The notes beneath the pieces were generated by a model. It saw only the letters and a list, made by a program, of their open reading frames with translations, had not been told where the DNA came from and searched no databases. 64,000 nt of DNA, taken from NCBI GenBank assembly GCA_046297095.1, contig JBKCNS010000051.1:9958-73957 (forward strand). Reading direction: 5' to 3'. This DNA comes from Candidatus Kapaibacterium sp. Its GTDB lineage: Bacteria; Bacteroidota; Ignavibacteria; Kapaibacteriales; NICIL-2. Positions 45,797 to 55,585 of this stretch are shown one piece after another. The position numbers and the translations under genes were made by a program. The stretch's first letter is position 1; every line of letters begins with the position of its first letter.

Positions 45797-48700
45797 CTAC
45801 GGAATACTCGCGCCTACCCGTACCTCCCATTGCTTTTGCTGACGGGAGATAGTAGAGCCCGGGTTTGTGGCTCGCATAAACTGTGTTACCCAGTTGGCGC
45901 CGATGAATTCACCTAATGCCCAATCCAGTGTAACGGTGGGATCGGCTACCGTGCCGCCAAGAGTAACATTTGCTCCGTACAATCCGGCAGTGATTTGAAT
46001 TCGCGCTTGCGAGAAATCAGTTCCGCCACCGGAAAAATCGACATTCACATTCTTTATCACGCCGCCCTGCAATACTCTGTTGAGCAATACTCCCAGCGTT
46101 GAAGCGCCCAGCTTCGTGCCCACTGCGCCCGTGGCAGAACTTGCCGAGCCGCTTAGCTCCACTTGCGTGTAGCCGAACAAGGTAAGCAGTACAGCGTTCG
46201 TAGTGATCTCGGTTTCGCCTACATCACCGGGATGATCGTTTCCGTCGATCTCGTAGTCCATCTTGAGAATGGGCTTCTTCTTTGTTCCCGTGATATTCAA
46301 ATACACTTTGTAGAACGACTTTCTATCGTTCACGATTCGCTCGTTGCTGAGCATTGCGCGCAAGTCCAGCTGCGGATTATCAATGGGGCCATTGATATTC
46401 ATTTTACCGGAAGCGCGGAATGTTTCGTAGAATTTATACGTGGAGGAATTGTCCACAATAAGATCCGAGCGAAGAGAAGTTGAATCGCTGCCATAGCGAA
46501 TAAAGCGCATGGCATCTTTGGGATTGTCCTGGCGCACCACGGCAAGCAACTGATCGTTGAAACCGAAGTCCATTTGCACAGACATATTCCCGGCAATCTT
46601 TACATCCACCTCTGTACGAAGTATATCGGTAAAACTCTTGCCCAGCTTAACCGAACCTGATTGCGGCGCGGGCTCTTCGGCAGGCAGATCGCCTATGGCA
46701 CTATCGCTTCGCGCAATCTTTCGCAGAGGTTCGGTCCAAACGTATTTGTTGCCGCTACGCTGATACTCGAACGTGGATGCGCGCGTGGTTTTGTTGATTG
46801 TTGGCGGAAACTTCACGTCGGCATCTTCAATCATAATAAACCCATTGAGCAGGGGCTGCTCGGGTGTTCCGTGAAAGTGCAGTTGGCGAAGTGTTTTGTT
46901 TGCGTCGTTGTCTTGCGTGGAGATAAGTGTGCGGCCGTACATGAAGTCGCTGGTGGCAGCAGTGGCCTCGCTCATCACTTGGAATTTATCGTTGCGGGTA
47001 ATCTCGGCAAAGATGTCCAGCTCACGAATGCTGAATCCCCGAATGCGCATGGATCCCAGCACCAGGGCCTTGCCACCACGCAGGTCGGATTCTTCGTTGT
47101 AAATACGAAGTGAGTCCATACGCACTGTTGTATTAAGCAGACTGAGCTTTCCCTGACTGCGATAGCGCATGTTTGTGGCCGGCACGGTAAAGGTAGCGTG
47201 GTCATACTCCACCGAGCCAGTGTAGTCCACGGCATCCGGCGTGGTGCCGCCTATGTGCAGTGAAGCGCGGCCATGCCCATCAAGATTTGCAATGCCCGGC
47301 ACAAAAGGTGAAACCGCTGCCAGCGACATATCATTGGCAAGAATGGTGATATCCACATTCTCGTTGTCGCGAAGCGAAGCCGCTACCGGCTGCACCGACA
47401 AATCCATTGGGAGTGCCGCGATGTTTATAGACATTATGGTGGTTGTATCGGCGGCGCTCTTGCGCACATTCGAATGAGCGGTAACATTCACGCCATCGTA
47501 TCCGCCACGAATCTCTTGCACGCCAATAGCAACGTTGTTGTACCGCAGAGCAGAGAGCATGCCACCTACGGAAAATTTCGGGCAAGCATAGGCACCATCA
47601 ATCATCACGCCCAGTGAATCTATGCGTCCCTTCAGCATTTGCAATGCGTCCACGGCATAAAGCTCGGGTATGCGCTGAATGGTAGCAATATCCACGCGGC
47701 GCATATACACGTGCAGGGAATCAAAACGAGTAGAGTTCACGCGACCATTCACCGTGATTCTGTCCGGCGATTGAAGCAGCTGCAGATCCAGATTGTCTAT
47801 ATCCACTCCGCGGGGACGCATGCTGATTGTGGCCGGATGCAACGATGCAAACGACAACGACTTTGTCCACCCTGCGTACAGAGTATCCAGCTGCATGATG
47901 AATGCTCGCGGCACAGCGCGCACGGAACCCGCTGCCACAAACGGAATGTGATTCTCGATGCGAGTTCCTACCACAAATCGTGCATCGTTACCGCTGATCT
48001 CGATGTCGGCACTGGGACGCACAAAGCGCAATCGGTTGACGCGAAACACCGAGTCGCAGCGGAAAGCAATACGCGCAACATCTATGGTGGGGTTCGTGGT
48101 CATGTTCAACGTGCGCAAATGCAGAGACACATTGATCGGCTGGCTGAACACTTCGTCTTTGTCGATGTCCATGTTCAAGCGCTTTACGTTCGCGGTGTCT
48201 ACATCGAAGGTATACATTGCCGGCGTGCCTGCTAAACGGCCGTGAATGTCGCCGCTGGCGTCCAGCCTGATGCCTTTGATAAACGGCGCTAACACTGCCG
48301 TGCCTTTTACATTCATTGCAAAACGGCAATCGAGCGTATCGTCCGGAAGTGTGTACGGCTGTATGCGCGGCGCCGATGCTGTATCGCTCTGCACGGTGCG
48401 GTATTGTGTGCGCACATACGAGTCCATGATACCCAGATGAGTAAGAAACACGAACCATGCCGTGGGAAGACGGAAGCGGCCGTCCACTTGTGCGCGCAGA
48501 AAGTCGGACTGTATGCTCACCGTGCGGTGCCGCGCGTCGGTGCGTTCTATTTGTGCTTGAATGTCGAAGGGAAACAGTGCTCCGTCCGACAGAAGAAACT
48601 CGGATACATCGGCGTTGAATTTTCCGAACAAACTATCGGGATGAAAACCCGTGAATGACGTTTGCGCAGACACACTGAGCGAGACCGGCATTTGCTTGTC

Positions 48701-50398
48701 GTGAAGCAGATCGGAAAGCGGAAGATGACGAGTATTCAGAATGATGTTCGCCACCGGCAGCGTTGCATCGCGGAAATCTATCTCCGCATGAGCTTGCAAA
48801 CCCTTGCTTAGACCATCGAAGGCAAAGGCCACACTGTCTGCGGCACTTAGGGGGAAAGCCACATCCAGCGTGTCAACTACCACTGTGCTGTTGCTCACCG
48901 ACGCGCGGCAATTCGCGCTCAGCAGGTCGTGCCCTCCGAACGACGACTCCTGCAAATCAGCTTCCACGCGGGCTGCGGCATCGTTCATCGTAAGGCCCGA
49001 GCCCTGCACATGAATGGCTCCATTCAGCTTGCTTCCCGTGGCATAATCGTTGGTGAATGCGTAGGTGTCGAACTGCGTTACGCGCACGTCTGCATTGTAG
49101 CGCAGCTGCTTTGCAAACTTCAACGCAATAACTCCCTTCACACCGCCAAACTCTCCGCTGATATCAATGCTCGTACCAAGGGAATCCTTCGTGCCGTAAA
49201 TGTGCGACGGCCCGAACACAATGCGATCGGCAACGGTGGTTTTTGGCAGTGATAATGTGGGCAGTACGGTTGCGATATCCGAATACACTGCACGCGACGG
49301 TATTAGATCTACCGTGTAGGCAAAGGGCCTGCTGTTGGCAACGTTCTCCAGCACCAGCGAACCATGCAAATCGGTTTGTCGTGTTTGAAGATTCTCAACA
49401 TCGAATCGCAGCTTGGTAAGATTGCCGGTGATGCGTGTGCTTAGGTTGAATTGATCGCGTAACGAAAATGTCTCGGGCATAAACAGGTTTATATCTCCGG
49501 CCCACAAGCCGGAGTTGCTGATCGTAAGGCGCAACGGCGCGGTCTCGATGCCCGGATTTGCATCGTACACATGAATATCATCCACCGAGCCGTAGAGCGT
49601 CAGCGATGATTGGGGAGTGCGAACGTGCATGTGCAGAATATTCACCGAGTTTGAGTCTAAGGCAACAGAACCATGCATGGAACTCACCTGCAGGCCGCAT
49701 ACTTTTTCCCGCGCACTCAATTCGTCGATACTCAGGGCAAAGGCATTAGCGGCAAGGTTGCCGGATGCGCTCATGCGAAGGTTCAGTGAATCGAAAAAGG
49801 CGTGTGTGGCGTTGAAGCGATCTGTGCGTGAGAGATTGTGGACGGAATCCCACACGGTAACACGAGCAGAGTTTAGGACAAATGCACGAACAGCTATATC
49901 CCAACTAAAAGGACTGCTTGTGGTGTCGGCTTTTGGCTTGAATACATGAGCTACATTCCAGGTGCTGTCTGCACGGGAGCGAAGCACTCGTATGTTCGGC
50001 CGGTCCAGTATGATGCTGCGCACCACGATATGCCGGATAAGCAGCGGCTCCAGTTCGTAGGCAACACGTAACGAACGAGCGGAAAGCACGGTGTCTCCGC
50101 GCGTGGTAAGCGAAACGGAATCGAGCTCAATTCCCCGGAACAAATTGAAACGGACGGCACCGAAACTCAAACGAGCTTCCAGTTGATCGGAAAGTATAGT
50201 GGTAAGCTGCCCCGCAGCCCAGCGGTGAAACCACTCGGTTTGCACCACGATATAGCCACTCACACCCAGCACAAACATCAGCGAGAAAACGCCAATGATG
50301 CCCCACATGATCCAACGAAAAAGCAAACGAAGGAAGGTGGCCGGCGCGCGAAGACTCCGGGCTGCCGGACCGAGGAATTCGTATTTGCCAATGTTCAT
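45797..50398 (-). CDS. tamB: Translocation/assembly module TamB (AsmA-like, DUF490)
   Basis: 1533 aa. N-terminal TM, long beta-taco repeats, C-terminal GKMNINGPIDNPQLDLRA, and a final strand WEVRVGASIP. Confidence 0.82.
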   Translation of the reverse strand: MNIGKYEFLGPAARSLRAPATFLRLLFRWIMWGIIGVFSLMFVLGVSGYIVVQTEWFHRWAAGQLTTILSDQLEARLSFGAVRFNLFRGIELDSVSLTTRGDTVLSARSLRVAYELEPLLIRHIVVRSIILDRPNIRVLRSRADSTWNVAHVFKPKADTTSSPFSWDIAVRAFVLNSARVTVWDSVHNLSRTDRFNATHAFFDSLNLRMSASGNLAANAFALSIDELSAREKVCGLQVSSMHGSVALDSNSVNILHMHVRTPQSSLTLYGSVDDIHVYDANPGIETAPLRLTISNSGLWAGDINLFMPETFSLRDQFNLSTRITGNLTKLRFDVENLQTRQTDLHGSLVLENVANSRPFAYTVDLIPSRAVYSDIATVLPTLSLPKTTVADRIVFGPSHIYGTKDSLGTSIDISGEFGGVKGVIALKFAKQLRYNADVRVTQFDTYAFTNDYATGSKLNGAIHVQGSGLTMNDAAARVEADLQESSFGGHDLLSANCRASVSNSTVVVDTLDVAFPLSAADSVAFAFDGLSKGLQAHAEIDFRDATLPVANIILNTRHLPLSDLLHDKQMPVSLSVSAQTSFTGFHPDSLFGKFNADVSEFLLSDGALFPFDIQAQIERTDARHRTVSIQSDFLRAQVDGRFRLPTAWFVFLTHLGIMDSYVRTQYRTVQSDTASAPRIQPYTLPDDTLDCRFAMNVKGTAVLAPFIKGIRLDASGDIHGRLAGTPAMYTFDVDTANVKRLNMDIDKDEVFSQPINVSLHLRTLNMTTNPTIDVARIAFRCDSVFRVNRLRFVRPSADIEISGNDARFVVGTRIENHIPFVAAGSVRAVPRAFIMQLDTLYAGWTKSLSFASLHPATISMRPRGVDIDNLDLQLLQSPDRITVNGRVNSTRFDSLHVYMRRVDIATIQRIPELYAVDALQMLKGRIDSLGVMIDGAYACPKFSVGGMLSALRYNNVAIGVQEIRGGYDGVNVTAHSNVRKSAADTTTIMSINIAALPMDLSVQPVAASLRDNENVDITILANDMSLAAVSPFVPGIANLDGHGRASLHIGGTTPDAVDYTGSVEYDHATFTVPATNMRYRSQGKLSLLNTTVRMDSLRIYNEESDLRGGKALVLGSMRIRGFSIRELDIFAEITRNDKFQVMSEATAATSDFMYGRTLISTQDNDANKTLRQLHFHGTPEQPLLNGFIMIEDADVKFPPTINKTTRASTFEYQRSGNKYVWTEPLRKIARSDSAIGDLPAEEPAPQSGSVKLGKSFTDILRTEVDVKIAGNMSVQMDFGFNDQLLAVVRQDNPKDAMRFIRYGSDSTSLRSDLIVDNSSTYKFYETFRASGKMNINGPIDNPQLDLRAMLSNERIVNDRKSFYKVYLNITGTKKKPILKMDYEIDGNDHPGDVGETEITTNAVLLTLFGYTQVELSGSASSATGAVGTKLGASTLGVLLNRVLQGGVIKNVNVDFSGGGTDFSQARIQITAGLYGANVTLGGTVADPTVTLDWALGEFIGANWVTQFMRATNPGSTISRQQKQWEVRVGASIP

Positions 50399-50640
50399 GA
50401 TCTACCTTCCGATGAACCAATATCACGCGCAATGCGGAGCTGCGGCGCTTGCGGGCAGTGATTTCGCGGGCAATATACACACCGCGCACGGGGCAATCGA
50501 GGCCGGGTTGTGTGGTGAAAGGATACTAAAGCACTGCCAATCACTCACACGCGGCAGCAAAGAGAGTATTGTAGAGAGGGAGTGGACGAAGGAGAAGGTG
50601 GAGAAGAGTACGCAGAAGATAGTGCAGACTACCTTCAGCA

Positions 50641-51468
50641 CTACTCCATATACCAGAGTTTACGAGGCTTGCGGCTTGACGCGGGTTTCTTGAAGACCGT
50701 ATCACGAATGATAATGGTATCGCGCTGCACTACTACCTGCTGTGCGGGTGCGGGCTTGAGCTTAGCTTCAAGCGAACCGGGAGCATCGTATTGCACTGCT
50801 TTGCCATCCGTGCTTGGCACCGCGCTCTTGTGCATAGAGCGATAGGTTAAAAATCCTGCCACGGCAAGAAGCACACAGCATATCACGGCAATGGCAAATA
50901 GCGGTACCAGGCGCGAGATTGTTCGCTGTTGAGTTTGCAGTAGTTCCCGCTGGCGCAACGAGAGAGCATCTTCCGCCGGAACAAATTGGCGTGCGCGAAG
51001 CTCATGCAAAGCAGGCAATGCATACACGCGCTCGGCAGATACGGAAAGCCCCAAGAGCTCACTGGGTGTTTGCAGCAGGGCATCGATTTCCAGCGCAGCG
51101 TTGTCGCTTTCGTTTGCAGCAGCCGAATACACCACGCCGGCCACAGCCGAGGCTCGCACATGGCGCTTGGGATCGGTGATAATCGTTACAAGTTTGCGGG
51201 CGTGAAGATCGCGCATCAGCGTGAAAAACTCGAGCACCTCTTGATGAGCGTTCGGCTTGATCCCGAACAGCAACCACGACGATCGGTTATTCCACTGCGG
51301 AATAAACATGTGGTAGCGCCCCGGAGCGGAGCCTATTACCTCTTGCCAATTCTGCATCTCGGCTTCACGTGTTTCCGTAGCACAACTGAGCACATATTCC
51401 ACCATGGTCAGCGAGCCGCGCTCGGTGAGCAAGGTAATAAGTTGCCGTTGTCGTTGCGAAAAAGACAT
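50641..51468 (-). CDS. Hypothetical protein with C-terminal TM anchor
   Basis: About 275 aa from MSFSQRQ; TM LVPLFAIAVICCVLLAVAGFLTY; no convincing family match. Confidence 0.65.
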   Translation of the reverse strand: MSFSQRQRQLITLLTERGSLTMVEYVLSCATETREAEMQNWQEVIGSAPGRYHMFIPQWNNRSSWLLFGIKPNAHQEVLEFFTLMRDLHARKLVTIITDPKRHVRASAVAGVVYSAAANESDNAALEIDALLQTPSELLGLSVSAERVYALPALHELRARQFVPAEDALSLRQRELLQTQQRTISRLVPLFAIAVICCVLLAVAGFLTYRSMHKSAVPSTDGKAVQYDAPGSLEAKLKPAPAQQVVVQRDTIIIRDTVFKKPASSRKPRKLWYME

Positions 51469-51524
51469 GAGTGACCGGGGGCGAAAAATGCCGTGCAATA
51501 CTAAAGGTGTACCGAAACAGACGA

Positions 51525-51809
51525 TCAGAATTCTATGTTGGTTCTAAGCGCAATCTCTTCCAAGATTGTACTTACCTGTAAACATCGGGCCAAATCTCCC
51601 GAATAGACGATCGACTGTCCGCTCAAATGCACTTCCATGGTGTGGCGCTCTGCCCTATCCCGCGAACACTTTGTGGCTTTCATTATCTGCTCAATAACCT
51701 CGTCGAACGTATGCCATTCGTCGTTAAACAGAATACACTTAGCCGATAGTGTGTCGGTTGTTAGGTCCTCAACCGCCAGTTCCGGCGTTTCTACGGTGTC
51801 ACTGCTCAT
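51525..51809 (-). CDS. clpS: ATP-dependent Clp protease adaptor ClpS
   Basis: ILFNDEWHTFDEVIEQI, AERHTMEVHLSG.SIVYSG; start MSSDTVE. Confidence 0.9.
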   Translation of the reverse strand: MSSDTVETPELAVEDLTTDTLSAKCILFNDEWHTFDEVIEQIMKATKCSRDRAERHTMEVHLSGQSIVYSGDLARCLQVSTILEEIALRTNIEF

Positions 51810-51948
51810 ACCAAGGCTTTGAACCAAATACCACTGTGTGGAAAAACTTGCGACGAAAATAGGAAATGTCTGTAGTTTTGCCTCCCATTCAAGGGCAATC
51901 AATTAGTTTTTCTTTTCTCTTTGAACGATTTTTCGAAGGAGTACCGGT

Positions 51949-52629
51949 ATGACAGATAAAGAGTTTCTCGACAAGCTCGATGCCATTATCAACGAGCGTC
52001 ACATGCTTCAGCATCCCTTCTATCAGATGTGGAATCACGGAACGCTGACCAAGGACATGCTCCGCGAATACGCGCAAGAGTATTATCATCAGGTGTTTCA
52101 CTTCCCCACGTATGTGAGTGCCACGCACGCTGCATGCGCCGACGATATGGAAGCGCGCCAGATGCTTCTGGAAAACCTCATGGAAGAAGAGCATGGAGCT
52201 TCGAACCACCCGGCTTTGTGGCGTCGCTTCGGCGGTTCGCTTGGCCTAAGCGAAGAGGAAATGCAGAATCGTGAGTATCTGCCGCACACCAAGGAGTCGG
52301 TTCGTATTCTCAAAACGCTCTCTCGCAACGAGAATCCCGCTGTGGGCCTTGCTGCGCTGTATGCGTACGAGTCTCAGATTCCCGAAGTTTCAACCACGAA
52401 GATTGAAGGCCTGAAGAAGAATTACAACATGGACAGCGAAGATGCTTTGGTATTCTTTGAAGTTCACGAGCATGCCGACGAGATTCACCGCCAGGTAACT
52501 CGCGACGCTCTTGTTCGCATCTGCCGCACGGAAGAGCAGCAAATCCTTGCACTGGATGCGGCTCGCGAAGGTGCCGATGCTATCAATCTGCTGCTCGATG
52601 GTGTGTACGAGAAATGGTGCTCGAACTAA
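51949..52629 (+). CDS. CADD-family (TenA/PqqC-like) haem-oxygenase-like dimetal protein
   Basis: HMLQHPFY, YAQEYY, ENLMEE, NHPALW, ALYAYESQIP, KIEGL and FEVHEHADEIH. Confidence 0.9.
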   Translation: MTDKEFLDKLDAIINERHMLQHPFYQMWNHGTLTKDMLREYAQEYYHQVFHFPTYVSATHAACADDMEARQMLLENLMEEEHGASNHPALWRRFGGSLGLSEEEMQNREYLPHTKESVRILKTLSRNENPAVGLAALYAYESQIPEVSTTKIEGLKKNYNMDSEDALVFFEVHEHADEIHRQVTRDALVRICRTEEQQILALDAAREGADAINLLLDGVYEKWCSN

Positions 52630-52656
52630 GCTTGAACTAAGCTCGAAAAAAGCTCG
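52621..52656 (+). repeat. 11-bp tandem repeat x3 starting in the CADD stop region
   Basis: TCGAACTAAGC TTGAACTAAGC TCGAAAAAAGC TCG. Confidence 0.85.
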
Positions 52657-52684
52657 CACTAGATTCCTGCAATGAGACGTTTTT

Positions 52685-52720
52685 AACGCCGTCCAACTTC
52701 GTTGGTGCGGCGTTTTTTTT
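52685..52720 (+). terminator. Intrinsic terminator after the CADD gene
   Basis: AACGCCG..CCAAC-TTC-GTTGG..CGGCGTT followed by a T tract. Confidence 0.8.
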
Positions 52721-53283
52721 TGTCCGCGTTTTTTTTGCTTCCCTTCCTCTCCGCATACTCCTTCCCCGAGTTACCACATCCCATTAGCTGAACATGTTTT
52801 GGTGGAAAAAACCCGGCCGGGCGCGAATGTCCAATCGCAAAAACCTTAATACGGACATATCAATCAGCATAGATTTTTCTCGAAAAAACTGACTTTAAAG
52901 CTATTCCGTAGCTGTTTTTTTGAAAAATAAGGCCAATTCGCATACTCAAAATTCATTCTTCGGGTACGTATTTCCGGGGCGTTAAGATCAATGAATGCAG
53001 AATGAAAAGTAACATCTTCGTGTTATAGCGCAGGGGCGTTCATCCCTGTGAACGAAATGCGGGATCAGTCTACCTCTAGGGTTTCACGGCAGAAGGTACC
53101 CACATGTTTTCATCTTTACCCGGGCAGGAGCAGAGCGTTCCAATCGGCCCGGTGTATCTGCTGTAAGGCAACACCTGAAAGCAACACCTGCGGCAGCAGC
53201 ACTGCTACCGTTGGTACACAACCGTGAACTGTTACCTAGAGAATCGAGCACGTCGCCATGCCCGCTGTTTCTTCACATAATCT

Positions 53284-53811
53284 ATGGATGGACGTATGAG
53301 TACACCACCTGCCTGGCACGCTACCATGACTGCCGTTGCCGGACAATTGTACCGCTCCTTCGGATACACATCGGCTCAAGACCGTGCCGATGCATTGCAA
53401 AATGCCCTCCTGCGATTGCTGTCGCTCCAGCGAACGTCGGGACTGATAATGAACGATGATGACATGCGTAAATGGCTGCATTGTGTGGCCACGCGAATGC
53501 TTGTGGATTCACATCGAGGGCGGCGGTATCTGCAGAACTTTGCGGACTCCGCCGACACCGACGACGACATTCCTCTTGGCGTTCGGGAACACGCAACCAC
53601 CGCTCCCGCAGCGGAATCCGATATAGGCATGGATATTGGCTCGGCCTTGTACCGCTTATCGCCTTCGCTGCGGTTTCCCTTTGAACTTCATTCGCAAGGT
53701 TTTAACTGCGAGGAAATTGCCGGCGTGCTGAATATCTCCAGAGATGCCGCGCACAAGCGTGTTCAGCGCGCCCGCCGGGAGATGCGCCGCTATCTTCGGG
53801 ATTACCTTTAG
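53284..53811 (+). CDS. Divergent ECF sigma factor
   Basis: RADALQNALLRL, KWLHCVATRMLVDSHR and LSPSLR..FEL..QGFNCEEIAGVLNIS..AAHKRVQRAR. Confidence 0.82.
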   Translation: MDGRMSTPPAWHATMTAVAGQLYRSFGYTSAQDRADALQNALLRLLSLQRTSGLIMNDDDMRKWLHCVATRMLVDSHRGRRYLQNFADSADTDDDIPLGVREHATTAPAAESDIGMDIGSALYRLSPSLRFPFELHSQGFNCEEIAGVLNISRDAAHKRVQRARREMRRYLRDYL

Positions 53812-53872
53812 TGTTACAGCAAACGCTACAGCACACGAATACGAATAATAAACTCAAGAGGCAGCACGATGC

Positions 53873-55405
53873 TTACAGCACTCCGATGCCTGCCTCTTTC
53901 CGCTCCTTCATCACACGTACTATTGTTTGCCACACCTGATCAAAGGGCAAAAGCTCCACCACTTCCGGCTCCCGGTGGTCGGTGATTAGGCGGCGCGTGC
54001 GCAGTTCTGCGGCAAGCCGCGCGGACTGCCGTTGTGTTTTCGCGGCATCGAAATCGCATTGCGTCATGATGTGCAGCAGCCGTACAAACACATCCAGCCT
54101 GGCACTTATATGCCTCAGTTTTTTTCGGCGAAGTGTTTGCAGCGATTCATCGCGCAGTTCAATGGCAGCATAATCGCACCTCATAAAGGCATCGAGTATG
54201 TGCGCCACGGCGATACAGGCATTGAGTGTGCTGTATTTGCCCTCATGCGCTCTGCGTGTGACCGGAGGCGAGTGCCCGTGCTCTGCATGCACATCGGGAT
54301 CGTGGCCGTTCATGATGGCCGCGAATTGCACATACACACGTAGCATTTGGCATACATCCCGGTAGTAATCGTCGCCGCTATACATTGATGTTCCGACATA
54401 TTGCTGCATCTCACGCAGATATTCCGCAGCGGCGTCGTGCTTTACCTGCCCCAGGTTCATTATCACAACACGCATGCGATACTCCATCCACACATCGGTA
54501 CCGGCGCGAAGCATGTCTTCGCATTCCCATTGCAGTCGGTCCGCGCGTTCGGGTTGGCACCTCCAGTGCCAAACGAGCATGGCATCGATAGTGATACGCG
54601 CCATGCACAGTCCGGACTTCAAAAACGGATACTCCTTGAAGTACTCATGCATTTCTGAATACACGCAAAGAACATCATCAAAATCACGGCAGGCCACCGC
54701 GAGCTTTCGCCGCGCCTCGTACCACAGCAGGTGCAGGGTGTGCACAGGATACATGGCCCGTAGCTTACCTATTTCTTGCACAGCTTTTTCAAGCTCCGGT
54801 TGTATATCCTTGCGTACACCTTGCCACACCGAATAGCAAAGGTGCGCGCTGCTAAGGTCCAGGGCTTCCTGCTCTGCAGCCAGTACTTGTATCCAATACC
54901 GCGCGTCGCCCGGCTCTGCGGGATAAGGCATTGCTTGGCCGCGCGAATGCTGCACGCCGGCCAGCGCTCTGAGTGCCGCTACTACTTCGGCGCTCAGCAT
55001 GAATCGCTTCGCTAATCGAAGCAATCGCAGCGCCACCGTTTCCGCAGCTTCGTCCTCGCCAACAGACCTAAGCACATGGATCACATGAAGGTACTGCAGT
55101 GCGTTTGCGCGGGCGTTATCGTAGGGAAAATCAGTGGCTTCGCCGGAAGTGCCACCGGCAATTATTCTGCAAAGGTCGTCGAATAAACGAGTCTTTATGC
55201 TCCGGTAGGTAGTGGCGGGAATTTGGTGGCGATCAGGATAGAGCAGTCTTCGTGCATCATCGTCGCTGATGATTGCGCCATTGCGCAGCGCGGAAAACAG
55301 CTCCTGAACTTTTGTTGTTCCGGTGCCGTGATCCGACTGCTGCGCCGCGGAACTCGGCTGAATTAATTGTACTGCCACGTCAGCCAGTGTTCGAAGAGTG
55401 CGCAT
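53873..55405 (-). CDS. Hypothetical all-helical (TPR-like) protein, 510 aa
   Basis: Long intact ORF with amphipathic helices, N-terminal SDDDARRLLY...YRSIKTRL and C-terminal ELLPFDQVW; no signal peptide or TM. Confidence 0.7.
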   Translation of the reverse strand: MRTLRTLADVAVQLIQPSSAAQQSDHGTGTTKVQELFSALRNGAIISDDDARRLLYPDRHQIPATTYRSIKTRLFDDLCRIIAGGTSGEATDFPYDNARANALQYLHVIHVLRSVGEDEAAETVALRLLRLAKRFMLSAEVVAALRALAGVQHSRGQAMPYPAEPGDARYWIQVLAAEQEALDLSSAHLCYSVWQGVRKDIQPELEKAVQEIGKLRAMYPVHTLHLLWYEARRKLAVACRDFDDVLCVYSEMHEYFKEYPFLKSGLCMARITIDAMLVWHWRCQPERADRLQWECEDMLRAGTDVWMEYRMRVVIMNLGQVKHDAAAEYLREMQQYVGTSMYSGDDYYRDVCQMLRVYVQFAAIMNGHDPDVHAEHGHSPPVTRRAHEGKYSTLNACIAVAHILDAFMRCDYAAIELRDESLQTLRRKKLRHISARLDVFVRLLHIMTQCDFDAAKTQRQSARLAAELRTRRLITDHREPEVVELLPFDQVWQTIVRVMKERKEAGIGVL

Positions 55406-55585
55406 ACTCTCTCCTTTCTTTCGGTAGTATTATTCTGCGAATAACATACAAAGAAGAGATTTAATTCACTTTGCGGATTAGCGACCTTTTTAAGGCCTCA
55501 GGAAAAGGGCACCCGGACTTATTAACTATCGCTCTGATGCACAAATAGCGGATGGCAGACGGTATAAGCACATCGACGATTACTC

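Noticed and set aside
53104-53166. Small ORF MFSSLPGQEQSVPIGPVYLL* upstream of the second ECF
   Set aside because: 20 codons with no recognisable features; expected by chance.
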